Below, in pieces: positions 33,006 to 42,955 of a stretch of DNA of 50,582 bases (position 1 is its first letter; each line of letters starts with the position of its first letter). The DNA comes from Candidatus Micrarchaeota archaeon (GTDB lineage: Archaea; Micrarchaeota; Micrarchaeia; Anstonellales; Bilamarchaeaceae). Made by a program: the position numbers and the translations under genes. A model generated the notes under the pieces. The model did not search any database, was not told where the DNA came from, and worked only from the letters and a program-made list of their open reading frames with translations. The stretch lies in the NCBI GenBank assembly GCA_964435235.1, contig CAYSXZ010000057.1, forward strand, positions 1 to 50,582, in the 5' to 3' direction.

Positions 33006-34658
33006 CTACTTTCCTCCCGGGATCTTCTTTACAAATCTTGTATAAATAAACCATATCGCTAATAGCAACAATCCCCCTACAATACCAATAAATAATGGGT
33101 CGACGCCGGCCCGTGCAACGGTAAGCCAACGCACGTCATCGGTAAATCCAATCTTGCTAACCGTTAATTTATAAGAACCCGGTTCTTTCAGGGTGATGGT
33201 TATGTTCTTATTACCTGTGTAGTTTTTTCCATCTATACTAAGAGTGAATCTATCAACAGGAGAGCCGTCTTCTTTGCTATTTACGTATATAGTAAACGGT
33301 TTATCTTCTATAGGTTCTTCAGATTTAGTAATTATAAAAGAATCAAGAGGAGCGTTTGGATCCTTTACGACACTAACAGATGTATATACGCCTGTTTCTT
33401 CGCCGTTTCTATCAGCAACCTTACAGGATATTGTGTTAAGCCCATCCACCAATTCTCTGTTCGGGTCTATTATAAACATCCAACTTCCATTTTCGCTAGT
33501 ATTTGCTTCTACCCATCCAAGGTTATTTATGTTTACGTAGACTTGCTGCGAGCCGGTCTCTGAAACAGACCGTCCTTGTACAACTACTTCTTTTTTTCCT
33601 ACAAATGTGCCATCTACAGGAGAGTCTATAGAACAAGCCCTTTCAACTGTAAAGGAATATACAGAACCTTCAGAAGAACCTACAATTACTCTATTTTGAT
33701 AAAAAAGAGGAGAATCAACCCTTCCGCTTACAGAGTTTTTCCAAATTACATCACCGGACTCCGTATCTAGCGCATATAGATTACCGTCTGTGCAACCTAC
33801 GAACACGGCATTCCTAGCACCGATTATACCTTTTCCTGGTTGCGAAACTGAAGCCGTTGAAAGCTTAATCTTCCATTTGATGTTTCCGTCGGTAGCATCG
33901 ACCGCATAGAAATTACCATCTGTGCTCCCGAAAAATACAGTATTGTCTGCTAGAAGAGGTGTTGTTAGGACCCAACCGTTCGTAAGTACAGTCCACCTTT
34001 CGTAACCAGTATTTAGATTATATGCATGGAGCTTATTGTCTAATGCACCTACATAAACCATAGAGAGGGATTCGCTCGTAATTGGATTAGAATTCCAGAA
34101 ATTTCCAAAATCGAGTGATTTTTCCCATTGCTTTTTACCATCCAAATCAAGTTTTGTCAGAGTATCGCCGGCTCCGACAAGTAGATAGGTCGACTCTACA
34201 TCTAGAACTGTTGGTGGTTTTCTTGTTTCGTAAATTTTACTTCCCTCGCCGCTTTTTGTTATTCTATAAATACCATTCGATGTTGCTACATATAGATAGT
34301 TCGAATTAGAATCTATCGCATAAATATAGGTTGTATTGTAGAGCTTTTTTAAGTCGAGCTCCCATCTTATCTTCCCATCCTTTTCTATCCTTACTATCCT
34401 TCCGCTTGTTGCAGCGGATACGAGTTCCCCGTCGAATAAAGAGATATCTACAATCTTTTTTCCAACCAGAACATTCCAGACCTTCGCACCCGTCGAAGGA
34501 TTAATAGCATAAACTTTGCCGTCACCCGAACCAATGACAACATTCTTTTCAAAATAAACTGGTTTAGTAACTACCTCGCTGCCAACACTAATTTGCCACG
34601 CAAGAGAAGCAAAAGAGAAAGAAGCAAAGAGCAGTATAAGAAGGAGAATCTTCTTCAT
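33006..34658 (-). CDS. Secreted PQQ-like beta-propeller repeat protein with C-terminal membrane anchor
   Basis: Signal peptide. Repeated G.VYA.N..TG...W units (BamB/PQQ-like). C-terminal Ig-like region and a TM helix. Confidence 0.7.
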   Translation of the reverse strand: MKKILLLILLFASFSFASLAWQISVGSEVVTKPVYFEKNVVIGSGDGKVYAINPSTGAKVWNVLVGKKIVDISLFDGELVSAATSGRIVRIEKDGKIRWELDLKKLYNTTYIYAIDSNSNYLYVATSNGIYRITKSGEGSKIYETRKPPTVLDVESTYLLVGAGDTLTKLDLDGKKQWEKSLDFGNFWNSNPITSESLSMVYVGALDNKLHAYNLNTGYERWTVLTNGWVLTTPLLADNTVFFGSTDGNFYAVDATDGNIKWKIKLSTASVSQPGKGIIGARNAVFVGCTDGNLYALDTESGDVIWKNSVSGRVDSPLFYQNRVIVGSSEGSVYSFTVERACSIDSPVDGTFVGKKEVVVQGRSVSETGSQQVYVNINNLGWVEANTSENGSWMFIIDPNRELVDGLNTISCKVADRNGEETGVYTSVSVVKDPNAPLDSFIITKSEEPIEDKPFTIYVNSKEDGSPVDRFTLSIDGKNYTGNKNITITLKEPGSYKLTVSKIGFTDDVRWLTVARAGVDPLFIGIVGGLLLLAIWFIYTRFVKKIPGGK

Positions 34659-34662
34659 GTAC

Positions 34663-35136
34663 TCAGCCTTTCAGAAGAGAATCGTGTTTTCCGCTGTCTA
34701 TCTCTTTTATAATCTCTTTGCCGTTTTTTCCATCTATCGTTACCCCCAAACTAACGCAGGTACCACAGACCTCTTTAAGCGTAGCTTTTAAGTCTTTGCC
34801 GAGCGAATTGCCTTTTGACCTGGCTATTTTTACGGCTTGTTCTATAGAGATGTTGCCTCCTGGCGCTTCTCTATTACCAGCTCCTTTTTCTATGCCTGCC
34901 TCTCTTTTCACGAGTTCTGCAGTTGGTGGTGTTCCGACTTCGATACGAAATGATTTTTTATCTGTGTCCACTATTACTTTTATCGGAACCTTCATACCAG
35001 CAAAATCTTTTGTAGCCTCGTTTATCTTTGAAACTACCTGCCCACCGTTTATGCCTAAAGGTCCAAGCGCTGGACCTAACGGCGGACCTGCAGTTGCCTT
35101 TCCCCCATCTACTATTGCACTGATGATCTTTTCCAT
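34663..35136 (-). CDS. rpl11: 50S ribosomal protein L11 (uL11)
   Basis: AGPPLGPALGPLGING and PPTAELVK motifs. Confidence 0.93.
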   Translation of the reverse strand: MEKIISAIVDGGKATAGPPLGPALGPLGINGGQVVSKINEATKDFAGMKVPIKVIVDTDKKSFRIEVGTPPTAELVKREAGIEKGAGNREAPGGNISIEQAVKIARSKGNSLGKDLKATLKEVCGTCVSLGVTIDGKNGKEIIKEIDSGKHDSLLKG

Positions 35137-35524
35137 TTTAATCTCCCGGTAAATTAGAATAGAGTTGATTAGCCTTTGCTTGATTAGATTTATAAATATT
35201 AATTACAATAGCATAACGCCCATGCAAGGTGATCAAATATGGTTGCTGTACAAATATCTAATCAAATACCTAATACTACAAATACGCAAGCCATAAAACC
35301 TAGGTCTTCTGATAGGTTGTTTAGACACCCGCCTCTTTCGATACATGAAGAAAAGACAGAAAAAATAAGAAGACCGATGATATTCATTGTAAAGGACAAC
35401 ATTACTGAAGATCTGCGGGATCGGGTAAAAAAAGAAACAAAAAACGAAAACGAAAAAAATGACGCTGACTGGCAGTATGTAAAAAGACTCGAGCGTAAAT
35501 TTAAGATGGAAGAGCGAAAAACAG

Positions 35525-37261
35525 CTATTCAACTGTAATAGATTTTGCAAGATTTCTTGGCTTGTCCGGATTATTACCGCGAAGAACACTGACGTGATAT
35601 GCAAGAAGTTGAAGTGGTATTATCTCAGCAAATGGATAAAGGTCCTTATCTATTTTTGGTAGGGTAATAATATAATCGCTTACTTTTATTACGTCAGGAT
35701 TGTCAGTCACGCTTACAACTACCGCCCCTCTTGCCTTCGTCTCTTTAATACTTCCGATAATCTTCACTGCCGTTTCATCGTCAGGCGCTATAGCTATCAC
35801 TGGAACTCCACGTGTTATTAGACTAAGGGTTCCATGCTTCAATTCTCCGCTTGGATATGCTTCCGAATGAATATAAGATATTTCCTTGAATTTAAGAGAA
35901 CCTTCGTATGCAATTGGAACATTCAATCCCTTTCCTATGAAGAAGACATCATGTACATCCTTCAATTTTATAGCAATCTCCTTTATCTCCCTCTCCTTTT
36001 CGAGCATGTCTGATATTATCTTACTAAGTCCATTGAGTTTCTCCTTTGAGTAGACAAGCAGGTAAGCGACTGCTAGCTGTGCTGTGAATGTTTTGGTTGC
36101 TGCGACGCCTATCTCTGGACCAACGTTGAGATAAACCAAGGCGTCAGCCATTCTCGTAATGCTCGAACCGACAACGTTTGTTATTCCAAGAATCCTTGCT
36201 CCATTTTCCTTTGCGAATCTAACAGCCTGCAGAACATCAGCAGTCTCACCGCTTTGTGTTATTGCTACGACAAGCGTTTTATTATCCGGGCGAGCTATGA
36301 ACGAATAATCGCTTGCGATGAAAGCGTGGGCTAACTTTCCCTTTCTTGTAAGAAGATAACTCAAAAGAAGGCCAGCATGGTATGAAGTTCCACATGCAAT
36401 TATATCGATGCGTTCATAATTATCTATCAATTTTTTTGCCACGCTTACATCCGTCGCAAGAGTTTCATTAATAAAATGCCTTTGATCATTTATCTCTTTA
36501 AGCATGAAATGGGGGTAGCCTCCCTTTTCTGCCATCTCCATGTCCCAATCAACAACAACCGATTTTCTTTCCACTCTATTGCCAGAGATGTCTGATATTT
36601 TATAACCTGTTTTCGAAAGTATTGCTACATCGCCATCCTCAAGCGGAACAAAGGTTTTGGTATAATTGAGCATCGCTGGTATATCTGAAGCGCAGAACAT
36701 CTCCCCTTTTCCTACACCTATTATAAGCGGGCTTCCGTTCCTAGCTGCATATATTCTTTTTATATCCTCTGCAAATATTGCTAGTATGGCATAAGTACCC
36801 TTTACTCTTGCGAGAGATTTTATGAAGGCATAGAATGGTTTATCTGTTTTTAATTGCTCTTCTATGAGATGCGCTATTATTTCAGAATCAGTGTCGGATG
36901 AAAATTTATGTCCCTTTGCAGCAAGTTCTTCCTTTAGTTCGATATAATTTTCGATAACTCCGTTATGCACTAATGTAACGGATTTTTTGCAGTCAAAATG
37001 CGGGTGTGCATTTTCTCTGCATGGAGCGCCATGAGTAGCCCATCTTGTATGCCCAATGCCAACGTGGCCATCTAATGTCATAAAACCAAGATCAACTGAG
37101 ACTTGCGATACGCTGCCTTTGTCTTTTCTTATTTCTAAACTATATTCGTTTGCAACCGCAACGCCAACGGAATCATAACCGCGATATTCGAGGTGTTTAA
37201 GTCCTTTTACTAGTACGTCTGAAGCCCTTTTCCCTCCTACGTACCCTATGATACCGCACAA
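35525..37261 (-). CDS. glmS: Glutamine--fructose-6-phosphate aminotransferase (isomerising)
   Basis: CGIIGYVG N-terminal nucleophile, two SIS domains, C-terminal NLAKSITVE. The start must be the TTG at 37261, immediately before the Cys codon. Confidence 0.93.
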   Translation of the reverse strand: MCGIIGYVGGKRASDVLVKGLKHLEYRGYDSVGVAVANEYSLEIRKDKGSVSQVSVDLGFMTLDGHVGIGHTRWATHGAPCRENAHPHFDCKKSVTLVHNGVIENYIELKEELAAKGHKFSSDTDSEIIAHLIEEQLKTDKPFYAFIKSLARVKGTYAILAIFAEDIKRIYAARNGSPLIIGVGKGEMFCASDIPAMLNYTKTFVPLEDGDVAILSKTGYKISDISGNRVERKSVVVDWDMEMAEKGGYPHFMLKEINDQRHFINETLATDVSVAKKLIDNYERIDIIACGTSYHAGLLLSYLLTRKGKLAHAFIASDYSFIARPDNKTLVVAITQSGETADVLQAVRFAKENGARILGITNVVGSSITRMADALVYLNVGPEIGVAATKTFTAQLAVAYLLVYSKEKLNGLSKIISDMLEKEREIKEIAIKLKDVHDVFFIGKGLNVPIAYEGSLKFKEISYIHSEAYPSGELKHGTLSLITRGVPVIAIAPDDETAVKIIGSIKETKARGAVVVSVTDNPDVIKVSDYIITLPKIDKDLYPFAEIIPLQLLAYHVSVLRGNNPDKPRNLAKSITVE

Positions 37262-37385
37262 TATAATCACACTCCAAACACGACAACGTAACGACGACAA
37301 TACGATGATGCCAAAATGTAATGATATCGATAGCAATATTATTTAAAGAGTTAGGGAATAATTAATTTCTCTTTAATGCGTCTTA

Positions 37386-37970
37386 ATGCGTCTGTCGAAG
37401 GGTGAGAAAATGATTGGTAAGATTGAATCGCAGAGGCTTTTGGATGGAAATAAAAGATATGTGGAAAATAAACTGACCGAAAAGAATATGCCCGAAACTA
37501 GAAAGCAACTCGTGTCTGGTCAGCATCCTTTTGCTACGGTGATAACATGCTCGGATTCCAGAGTTGTACCATCATACATATTCGACACGAATATCGGCGA
37601 GATATTCAAAATAGAAACTGCTGGGAATGTCCTAGATAAGGTTTCATTAGGAAGCCTAGAATATGGCGTAGACCACCTTAATACTCCGCTCGTCGTTATC
37701 CTCGCGCACACAAAGTGTGGCGCAGTTACTGCTGCATGCAGCGGAGGGCATGCTGAAGGAAACATCGCAACGATCGTAAAGAAGATAAAACCAGCAGCGA
37801 AAAAGGCAAAGAACGATATAGAAAAAGCAACAGATATAAACGCAATAAGAGTGAAAGAAGAGATATTGAGAAAGAGCGCTATTACAAAGAAAAGGGTTGA
37901 GGAAGGAAGAGTAAAAATTGTTGTTATGAAATATGACCTCGATACAGGAGAGGTAAAACTACTGGAGTAA
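37386..37970 (+). CDS. Beta-class carbonic anhydrase
   Basis: CSDSRV and HTKCGAV zinc-ligand motifs. The start may be the ATG at 37410. Confidence 0.88.
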   Translation: MRLSKGEKMIGKIESQRLLDGNKRYVENKLTEKNMPETRKQLVSGQHPFATVITCSDSRVVPSYIFDTNIGEIFKIETAGNVLDKVSLGSLEYGVDHLNTPLVVILAHTKCGAVTAACSGGHAEGNIATIVKKIKPAAKKAKNDIEKATDINAIRVKEEILRKSAITKKRVEEGRVKIVVMKYDLDTGEVKLLE

Positions 37971-37974
37971 TCAA

Positions 37975-39192
37975 ATGGCTGAAAAAACCAAGAGCGAGAA
38001 GCTTTACGAATTAAAAAAATGGGTGCGAACCCTTTCTGGATATATGGGCAGCGGAACGCAACTCATATCTGTCTACATACCCGCAGGCTCTCCGGTACAT
38101 GAGATGAGTAATAAATTAAGAGAAGAGATGAGTCAAGCAAGCAATATAAAGTCAAAGCAGACAAGGACAAATGTTTTAGGGGCGTTAGAAAGAATAATAA
38201 ACTACCTCAAACTTTTCAGACAAACGCCGCCAAACGGGCTTGCGGTATTCGCAGGAAACATTTCTGACAATCCGGCAAAAGTGGACATACAACTTTTTTC
38301 TATAGAACCGCCAGAACCGTTAAGGATAGGAGCGTATAGGTGCGATTCGAAATTCTTTCTCGAGCCGCTTCAGAATATGACTGAGACCAAGGATAGTTAT
38401 GGAGTAGTTGTGATGGATGGAAGAGAAGCAACCATCGCAATAATTCGTGGTACCGAAACAAGAATAATAAAGAAACTTACGTCAACAGCTCACGCTAAGA
38501 TAAGAAAGGGTGGGCAAAGTGCTCGAAGATATGAGCGCCTCATAGAGGAAAGCATAGAAAAGTATTACAAACGAGTCGGAGAAAGCATGGATGAAGCATT
38601 TCTTGGTAAGGTAAAGGGAGTTATAATAGGAGGACCTGGACCAACAAAAGATTTCTTCGTAAAGATGAGTCCCTTCAATTATCAGATAAAGGTGTTGGGC
38701 GTAGTTGATACAGGATATACAGATGAGTACGGGGTGCGTGAAGTTCTTGAAAAGAGTGAAAGTATATTGGCAGAACAAGAAGCAGTAAAAGAAAAGATGC
38801 TTGTGGACAAATTTATAAAAGAGGTTGTGGGCGAAGGACTTGCTACTTATGGTGAGAAACAGGTTCGCGAGGCGATAGAAACAAAACAGGCGGAAAGGAT
38901 TTTGCTTTCAGAAGGACTTGATTACATAATTGCAGAATACAAATGCCTATCGTGTAACTATATTGAGAGAAAGATAACTAGAGAAAAACCAGCTGAGAGG
39001 ATAATTTGCAAGAAATGTAATTCTGAAATGCGACTTGAAAATCAAAAATTGCTTATAGATGACCTCGAAGAGCTTGCAAAGCAGAATGAAATACCGGTAG
39101 AGATAATATCCACAAATACAACAGAAGGCGCTCAGTTCTTGGCAGGATTTGGAGGGATTGGCGCTTTCTTGAGATACAAAACAAGGTCTTAA
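37975..39192 (+). CDS. prf1: Peptide chain release factor aRF1
   Basis: NIKS stop-codon recognition motif, the GGQSARR peptidyl-hydrolysis motif, and a C-terminal zinc-ribbon insertion (CLSC...CKKC). Confidence 0.93.
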   Translation: MAEKTKSEKLYELKKWVRTLSGYMGSGTQLISVYIPAGSPVHEMSNKLREEMSQASNIKSKQTRTNVLGALERIINYLKLFRQTPPNGLAVFAGNISDNPAKVDIQLFSIEPPEPLRIGAYRCDSKFFLEPLQNMTETKDSYGVVVMDGREATIAIIRGTETRIIKKLTSTAHAKIRKGGQSARRYERLIEESIEKYYKRVGESMDEAFLGKVKGVIIGGPGPTKDFFVKMSPFNYQIKVLGVVDTGYTDEYGVREVLEKSESILAEQEAVKEKMLVDKFIKEVVGEGLATYGEKQVREAIETKQAERILLSEGLDYIIAEYKCLSCNYIERKITREKPAERIICKKCNSEMRLENQKLLIDDLEELAKQNEIPVEIISTNTTEGAQFLAGFGGIGAFLRYKTRS

Positions 39193-39199
39193 CTCTTTT

Positions 39200-39736
39200 T
39201 CATTTTTGTCTAAGACCGCACTGTCCTATGCCGTAATTCTCATTAACTCCGATTATTGCTGCTTTTGTGTAATATGTAGTATTAGAACCTTCCCTTATGT
39301 AAAGGCTGACGCTGTCAGGTCTATTAAGGATTTTTATACAGTTGCTTATTGTTTCTTTTTCAGTTTTTTCACTAATTCCTATATAGCAATCCTTGGCGTC
39401 AATAGACATATAGGTAACATCCCTTCCTGCAAAAGGAGCACTAGAAGCAAAATCTATGCCGCATTGCAAGATATTTCTTTTGACGATATCACTTGAAACA
39501 TTTCTTACATCCATTACGATATATGTCTTATTTGCAGTTCTAAATAGTTCAAGAAATGTTTCTTTGTTTATTTCTTGGCCCTTTTGAAACGTCTGTGAGC
39601 TACCATTTTCCAGAAAAAACAATCCGAAGAGTATAACCACTGCTACACCGAGTAGGAATACGATTATGGTCTTTACATCTCCTGATATCTCCATAATATC
39701 ACTCCTAGTTATTTGAATATTGTTGAAAGTGGACAC
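39200..39736 (-). CDS. Membrane-anchored hypothetical protein
   Basis: 178 aa with a single N-terminal TM. Overlaps the end of the upstream 710-aa ORF, so they are probably co-transcribed. Confidence 0.5.
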   Translation of the reverse strand: MSTFNNIQITRSDIMEISGDVKTIIVFLLGVAVVILFGLFFLENGSSQTFQKGQEINKETFLELFRTANKTYIVMDVRNVSSDIVKRNILQCGIDFASSAPFAGRDVTYMSIDAKDCYIGISEKTEKETISNCIKILNRPDSVSLYIREGSNTTYYTKAAIIGVNENYGIGQCGLRQK

Positions 39737-41841
39737 GCTGTGTAATAATCAGAAGGTGCATAAATCTCAGCTTTATTTAAATATGCTGTATAAAGTTTTG
39801 GCGCTTCAAGAGTTCCTGATGGATTGAGATAGATTACAGAATCCATGGCGTCTATCTCTCTGAGGCATGCGTCTAAGGTGGTTGAAGACGTGGTCGAACC
39901 CGAGGTTTTTATGCAGTTTCCTGCTCCTTCAAGGCTGTAGATGACTACTGTTTTGTTATTTTCTGCTATTGATTTTGCAACTGCTGCTCCGCAGGACCCC
40001 ATTGCTGTTTTTTGGGTTTCGGTTGCAAGAGCAGTGTCTACAACCACTGCAACGTTTTGCCTTTCGTTTAGGTCTACGAGAAACTCGTCTAATGTGGCAT
40101 GGGTGGACGTTTTTTGCATCATAACGAAGAGCATACTGGCGAATATCGCGATAACTATCGCCCCAAGTAAGAAACCGACTATAACAACGTACTTCATCTT
40201 CGAATAATTATATATCTTTATGAAGTAAAGGAAGAGAAGGAGCAGTATAGCAGTAAGAGAAAGGAAGACAAACAAACTAAAACCGCCAAAAACAATATTC
40301 TTGTTTTCCGGTATCTCCTTGACATTTGTAATGTTTGTTCTCGTTGCCAACGCTGCTATTCCACTATTAACCTTTCTTGCAAAACCTCTAAAATACAACA
40401 TTACCTTAGACATGCTTCCTGATTCTGCAGTTCCAAGAAGTGCCTGTTCTTCTTCAGCTAAGCGAATATAATTAGCTTTAAGTTCCTCGTATTCTGCAGG
40501 TGGTAAACCATTACCAAATCTTTTATTAAGTTCTGTAAAATTTTCTTTTATACCTGCGAGTTTTTCACTCTCGATCGGCCCTAGGTCTTTGGTGCTAATT
40601 TCAAAAAATATCATCTCTGCATAATTCTTTGCTGCCAGAGTCTCGTTGTAGATTTGATACATCGAAACGGCCGATTGCCGTACGTTGCTCACGAGTGCTG
40701 AATATTCTTCTATGTCGGCATCCAGTCCGGTAAAGTTCCCACTCCCTATGTCGCTTCTTATTTTTGTTCGAAGCTCGCTTAATCGCTCTATTTTCATGTT
40801 GAAAGATGTGTTTGCCACGAATGTTGATACGTTTCTTGCATAGCTCTCCACTACAAGTCCCTCTCTTTCTATCGGCGTAAACAACGTATCGTAATAAGAC
40901 GCCTTCGTTTGATTCTGGAAATGCTCAAGCCTAGTTATTGTATTATTATAGATAGTAGAAGATATCTGGGAATAGGATGCGAACGGTCTTACCTTTTCGG
41001 AGAGTGCATCAGTTTTCGTTTCCAATTCAGCAAGAACATTCTGGTCAAGATCGAAAGAAGGACAAAGAGCGTAGCATCTTAAATGACACGCACTTCTGTC
41101 TGCGCTATCGTTAAGGCGGGGAGTTCTAAATATTGTAGATTCTATGTCGTTTGCATACGTCCTAAGCGTAGGTATGGATGTTTTTAGGTATTCGATAGCT
41201 TCCACTATCGTGTCCCTATTCGCATTCCCTAGTTTCTCACTAATGTTCTGAAGGATAGAATCAGTACCATAACTCGCATAGGAAAATTGTTTAAGCGGCG
41301 CAAGCAATGGCTGATAAGAGCCTATTCCAAGTGCTTCACTGTACGCCTGATAAAGAAGTTTTGCGTTCATATCACATGAGGCATCATCGTGGCACCAAAG
41401 CTTCTCTCCGTTTACATCTACTCTCTTATCTGTAAAGAGAACTTCCCTGCATTTGTATTCTTCCATATTTTTCCAATCGTAACCGTTGTTTCTGCTCTCG
41501 TTGTATTTCCTTATCAAATCGTTTAGTTCATTCAACTCTTGTTGCGTCGGATAGTAGCGTTCTGAATAATAGTTATAAATGACAGCAGAGATTTCAGAGC
41601 TATCATTTACTATATTTCCGTTTTTAAGAAGGAAGGTAGGTGCACCGTTAAAATAAATTATAGAATAGGAAGTTCCGTTAGATGTGAAATCTTCTGATGT
41701 AACTGTAACAGTTCCAGTTCCTTCCGTAGCATAAAAATAATTAGATGCCACAAAAGGAAAAACAATCCCAGTCAACAGGAGTATTACTCCTAAGATAACA
41801 ACGAAATTCGGGCGCATCATAAGATAGCTATAAGAGAACAA
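39709..41841 (-). CDS. Large extracellular/membrane hypothetical protein
   Basis: 710 aa with an N-terminal TM, a long Asn/Ser/Tyr-rich ectodomain, and two TM helices around residues 520-580. No family recognised. Confidence 0.55.
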   Translation of the reverse strand: MFSYSYLMMRPNFVVILGVILLLTGIVFPFVASNYFYATEGTGTVTVTSEDFTSNGTSYSIIYFNGAPTFLLKNGNIVNDSSEISAVIYNYYSERYYPTQQELNELNDLIRKYNESRNNGYDWKNMEEYKCREVLFTDKRVDVNGEKLWCHDDASCDMNAKLLYQAYSEALGIGSYQPLLAPLKQFSYASYGTDSILQNISEKLGNANRDTIVEAIEYLKTSIPTLRTYANDIESTIFRTPRLNDSADRSACHLRCYALCPSFDLDQNVLAELETKTDALSEKVRPFASYSQISSTIYNNTITRLEHFQNQTKASYYDTLFTPIEREGLVVESYARNVSTFVANTSFNMKIERLSELRTKIRSDIGSGNFTGLDADIEEYSALVSNVRQSAVSMYQIYNETLAAKNYAEMIFFEISTKDLGPIESEKLAGIKENFTELNKRFGNGLPPAEYEELKANYIRLAEEEQALLGTAESGSMSKVMLYFRGFARKVNSGIAALATRTNITNVKEIPENKNIVFGGFSLFVFLSLTAILLLLFLYFIKIYNYSKMKYVVIVGFLLGAIVIAIFASMLFVMMQKTSTHATLDEFLVDLNERQNVAVVVDTALATETQKTAMGSCGAAVAKSIAENNKTVVIYSLEGAGNCIKTSGSTTSSTTLDACLREIDAMDSVIYLNPSGTLEAPKLYTAYLNKAEIYAPSDYYTACPLSTIFK

Positions 41842-41928
41842 CTATTTAAATGTTCTTTATACCGCTTAGGGTGCTCTTTAATCAAGAATAAGCAAAAATT
41901 TTAAACATTTTCAAATATAAACATAAAC

Positions 41929-42951
41929 ATGTCGATGGGGGGCGTGAACAACAAAAAACTTATGCTGCATTATTCAACGGCAAATTTAACAAAGAAAGAA
42001 AGAGGAATAGCGCAGGCTATTCTTCCTCTTCTTGAAGAAAAACTTGAGCATTCGGAACGAGTTAAGAAGAGCGCAGAAGAATTTCAAAAGATAGCAAAGA
42101 AGATTACGCGTTTCAGACTTTTTGAAACCCTTCGTAAGATGGGGTGGGAACCTAAAGATGCTTCTAAGACTGCACTTAATAGAGTAGTTCCAGACCTTAT
42201 ACCGAAGCGTACCATGGAGGAGGCGTGGGAGTTAGTTACGAAGAATATGGGTCTTGTAGACGCCGCAATAACTTACTCGAAATTGAATGATTATTTGAAA
42301 TGGGATAGTGAATATGTGCGAAGCATAATAATAGAACAGTTGTTCATGACGGCTCTTTACTGGGATAAAGAAAAAGGTGCGTTTTCTACGTATTTCTTTT
42401 CAACGATGAAAAAGTGCAGAAACCACCTAAGAGAGAAAGCGAGTCTGATACGATTGCCGATGCATGTAATCGGAAAACTGAATAGGATGGATATTGAAAA
42501 ACATAAAGAGCCAAACATCCGATCAAGCGAGCTTGCCAAACGCATGAATGTAAAGCCAGAAAAATTAAATGATCTAACGAAGCTGAAAAAAATACGTTAT
42601 GCAAAGGTATTAAATCTAAGCAGGCTTTTATATTCTGAGACAGATGAAAGCGATGATAAGATCTCGATGAGATTTAACTTAATAAAAGAAAACGAGCCAG
42701 ACTTAACCAATGCAATCGATCAAAAGAACCTAAAAAGAATTATCGAAAGAGTATTGAAGACTCTTGAACCACGCGAAGCAAAGGTTTTGAGGATGCGCTA
42801 CGATTTAGATGATGAAGGTGGAAAAACACTGGAAAAATGCGGTAATGAGTTTGGCGTTACTAGAGAAAGAGTAAGACAAATAGAAACTTGCGCACTTAAA
42901 AAACTCCGCCATTCGGCCTACTCTAAGATTCTCAGAGAATTTATTCTTTGA
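41929..42951 (+). CDS. Bacterial-type RNA polymerase sigma-70 family protein
   Basis: Region 2/3.0-like FSTYFFSTMKKCRNHLREKASLIRLPMHVIGKLNRM (compare [30 protein letters not shown]). Region 4.2-like LEPREAKVLRMRYDLDDEGGKTLEKCGNEFGVTRERVRQIETCALKKLRH. Confidence 0.85.
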   Translation: MSMGGVNNKKLMLHYSTANLTKKERGIAQAILPLLEEKLEHSERVKKSAEEFQKIAKKITRFRLFETLRKMGWEPKDASKTALNRVVPDLIPKRTMEEAWELVTKNMGLVDAAITYSKLNDYLKWDSEYVRSIIIEQLFMTALYWDKEKGAFSTYFFSTMKKCRNHLREKASLIRLPMHVIGKLNRMDIEKHKEPNIRSSELAKRMNVKPEKLNDLTKLKKIRYAKVLNLSRLLYSETDESDDKISMRFNLIKENEPDLTNAIDQKNLKRIIERVLKTLEPREAKVLRMRYDLDDEGGKTLEKCGNEFGVTRERVRQIETCALKKLRHSAYSKILREFIL

Positions 42952-42955
42952 ATAA

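Noticed and set aside
33004-33129. N-terminal extension of the pyrE ORF (MAYRCTGRRRP...)
   Set aside because: It overlaps the 3' end of the upstream PQQ-repeat gene. The OPRTase homology begins at the ATG at 33003.
35233-35604. ORFs 35233-35604 (-) and 35239-35538 (+) in the gap between rpl11 and glmS
   Set aside because: Both have low-complexity composition, they overlap each other, and neither has a motif. The plus-strand 99-aa Lys/Glu-rich ORF cannot be excluded as a real small protein, but nothing supports it.
37262-37336. N-terminal extension of the glmS ORF
   Set aside because: GlmS needs Cys as the first residue after Met removal. The TTG at 37261 immediately precedes the CGIIGY codons.
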